Source: Harriotta raleighana
Taxonomy: Eukaryota
Direction: 5' to 3'
Assembly (NCBI GenBank): GCA_050575255.1
Contig: JBNZDD010013689.1
Location: 606,488-670,487, forward strand
Length of the DNA stretch: 64,000 nt
The notes below the pieces were generated by a model, which did not search any database, was not told where the DNA came from, and was given only the letters and a program-made list of their open reading frames with translations. Both the position numbers and the translations under genes were made by a program. Shown one piece after another: positions 63,526-64,000 of the stretch (position 1 is the stretch's first letter; every line of letters begins with the position of its first letter).

Positions 63526-64000
63526 TCTTATTAATTTCATACATGAAGTATGAGAACTTTCCTATTTAATTACTGATCCCTTTAACATGAATTGTTAAAT
63601 ACTGTCTATACCTTCACTTCATATATCTGGGACTTACCATTGATAAATTGAATGAATTTTAATGTCGCATCGGGGATGTTAGATAGAGTTATCCTGGGCA
63701 AATTTCAGGGATTATTACTCAGTATCCCTCTGTCCTCTGGTATCATTTAAAATACAGTTTAGAATCAAAAGCGGCTTTACAAAAGCTCTTTACAAATGGG
63801 ATGTAATTTGCAGTATTGTTAGTGGGTTTTCTAAACAGCAATCCATGTGATGCAATAGGCAAATACTGTACATCATACAGACTGTGGCGACTCCTCTCCA
63901 CTGCTCTCTATTTCCAGAGTAATGTCTCTGCAGATGAACAGGAATTGTAATGCGAGTCCTTATTAAAGAATGGAGTTAAGAAATATTGCAATTTAGGCCT

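Noticed and set aside
1-64000. CRISPR arrays, operons or other prokaryotic or viral systems
   Set aside because: The sequence is a vertebrate intron-exon locus, with no regularly spaced repeat-spacer arrays and no long viral or transposase ORFs.

Overview
Vertebrate genomic DNA, AT-rich and intron-dominated. It is most likely from a cartilaginous fish (chimaera/elephant-shark-like), judged from abundant Deu-domain tRNA SINEs with L2-type tails plus L2 and CR1 fragments. The window holds 21 coding exons of ARMC8 (CTLH/GID E3 ligase scaffold) on the + strand, 9220-46094. They splice GT-AG into 658 codons plus stop; only the first coding exon lies upstream of the window. Reading through the exon-12 donor gives the short ARMC8-beta C-terminus ([21 protein letters not shown]) followed by an intronic AATAAA. 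Tail-to-tail with ARMC8, on the - strand, are the last three coding exons of an ELK-subfamily (Kv12; KCNH3/4/8-like) potassium channel, 56299-58603. Other features are a hAT-Charlie non-autonomous element with a perfect 8-bp TSD, microsatellites and three assembly gaps. The main unexplained signals are a CpG/ETS/YY1 promoter-like island inside ARMC8 intron 18 and several clusters of antisense, splice-site-bounded, stop-interrupted exon-like segments, a candidate nested pseudogene or lncRNA. Exon numbering follows human ARMC8 as I recall it. Protein and repeat-family identifications are from memory, not from a database search, and repeat boundaries are approximate.
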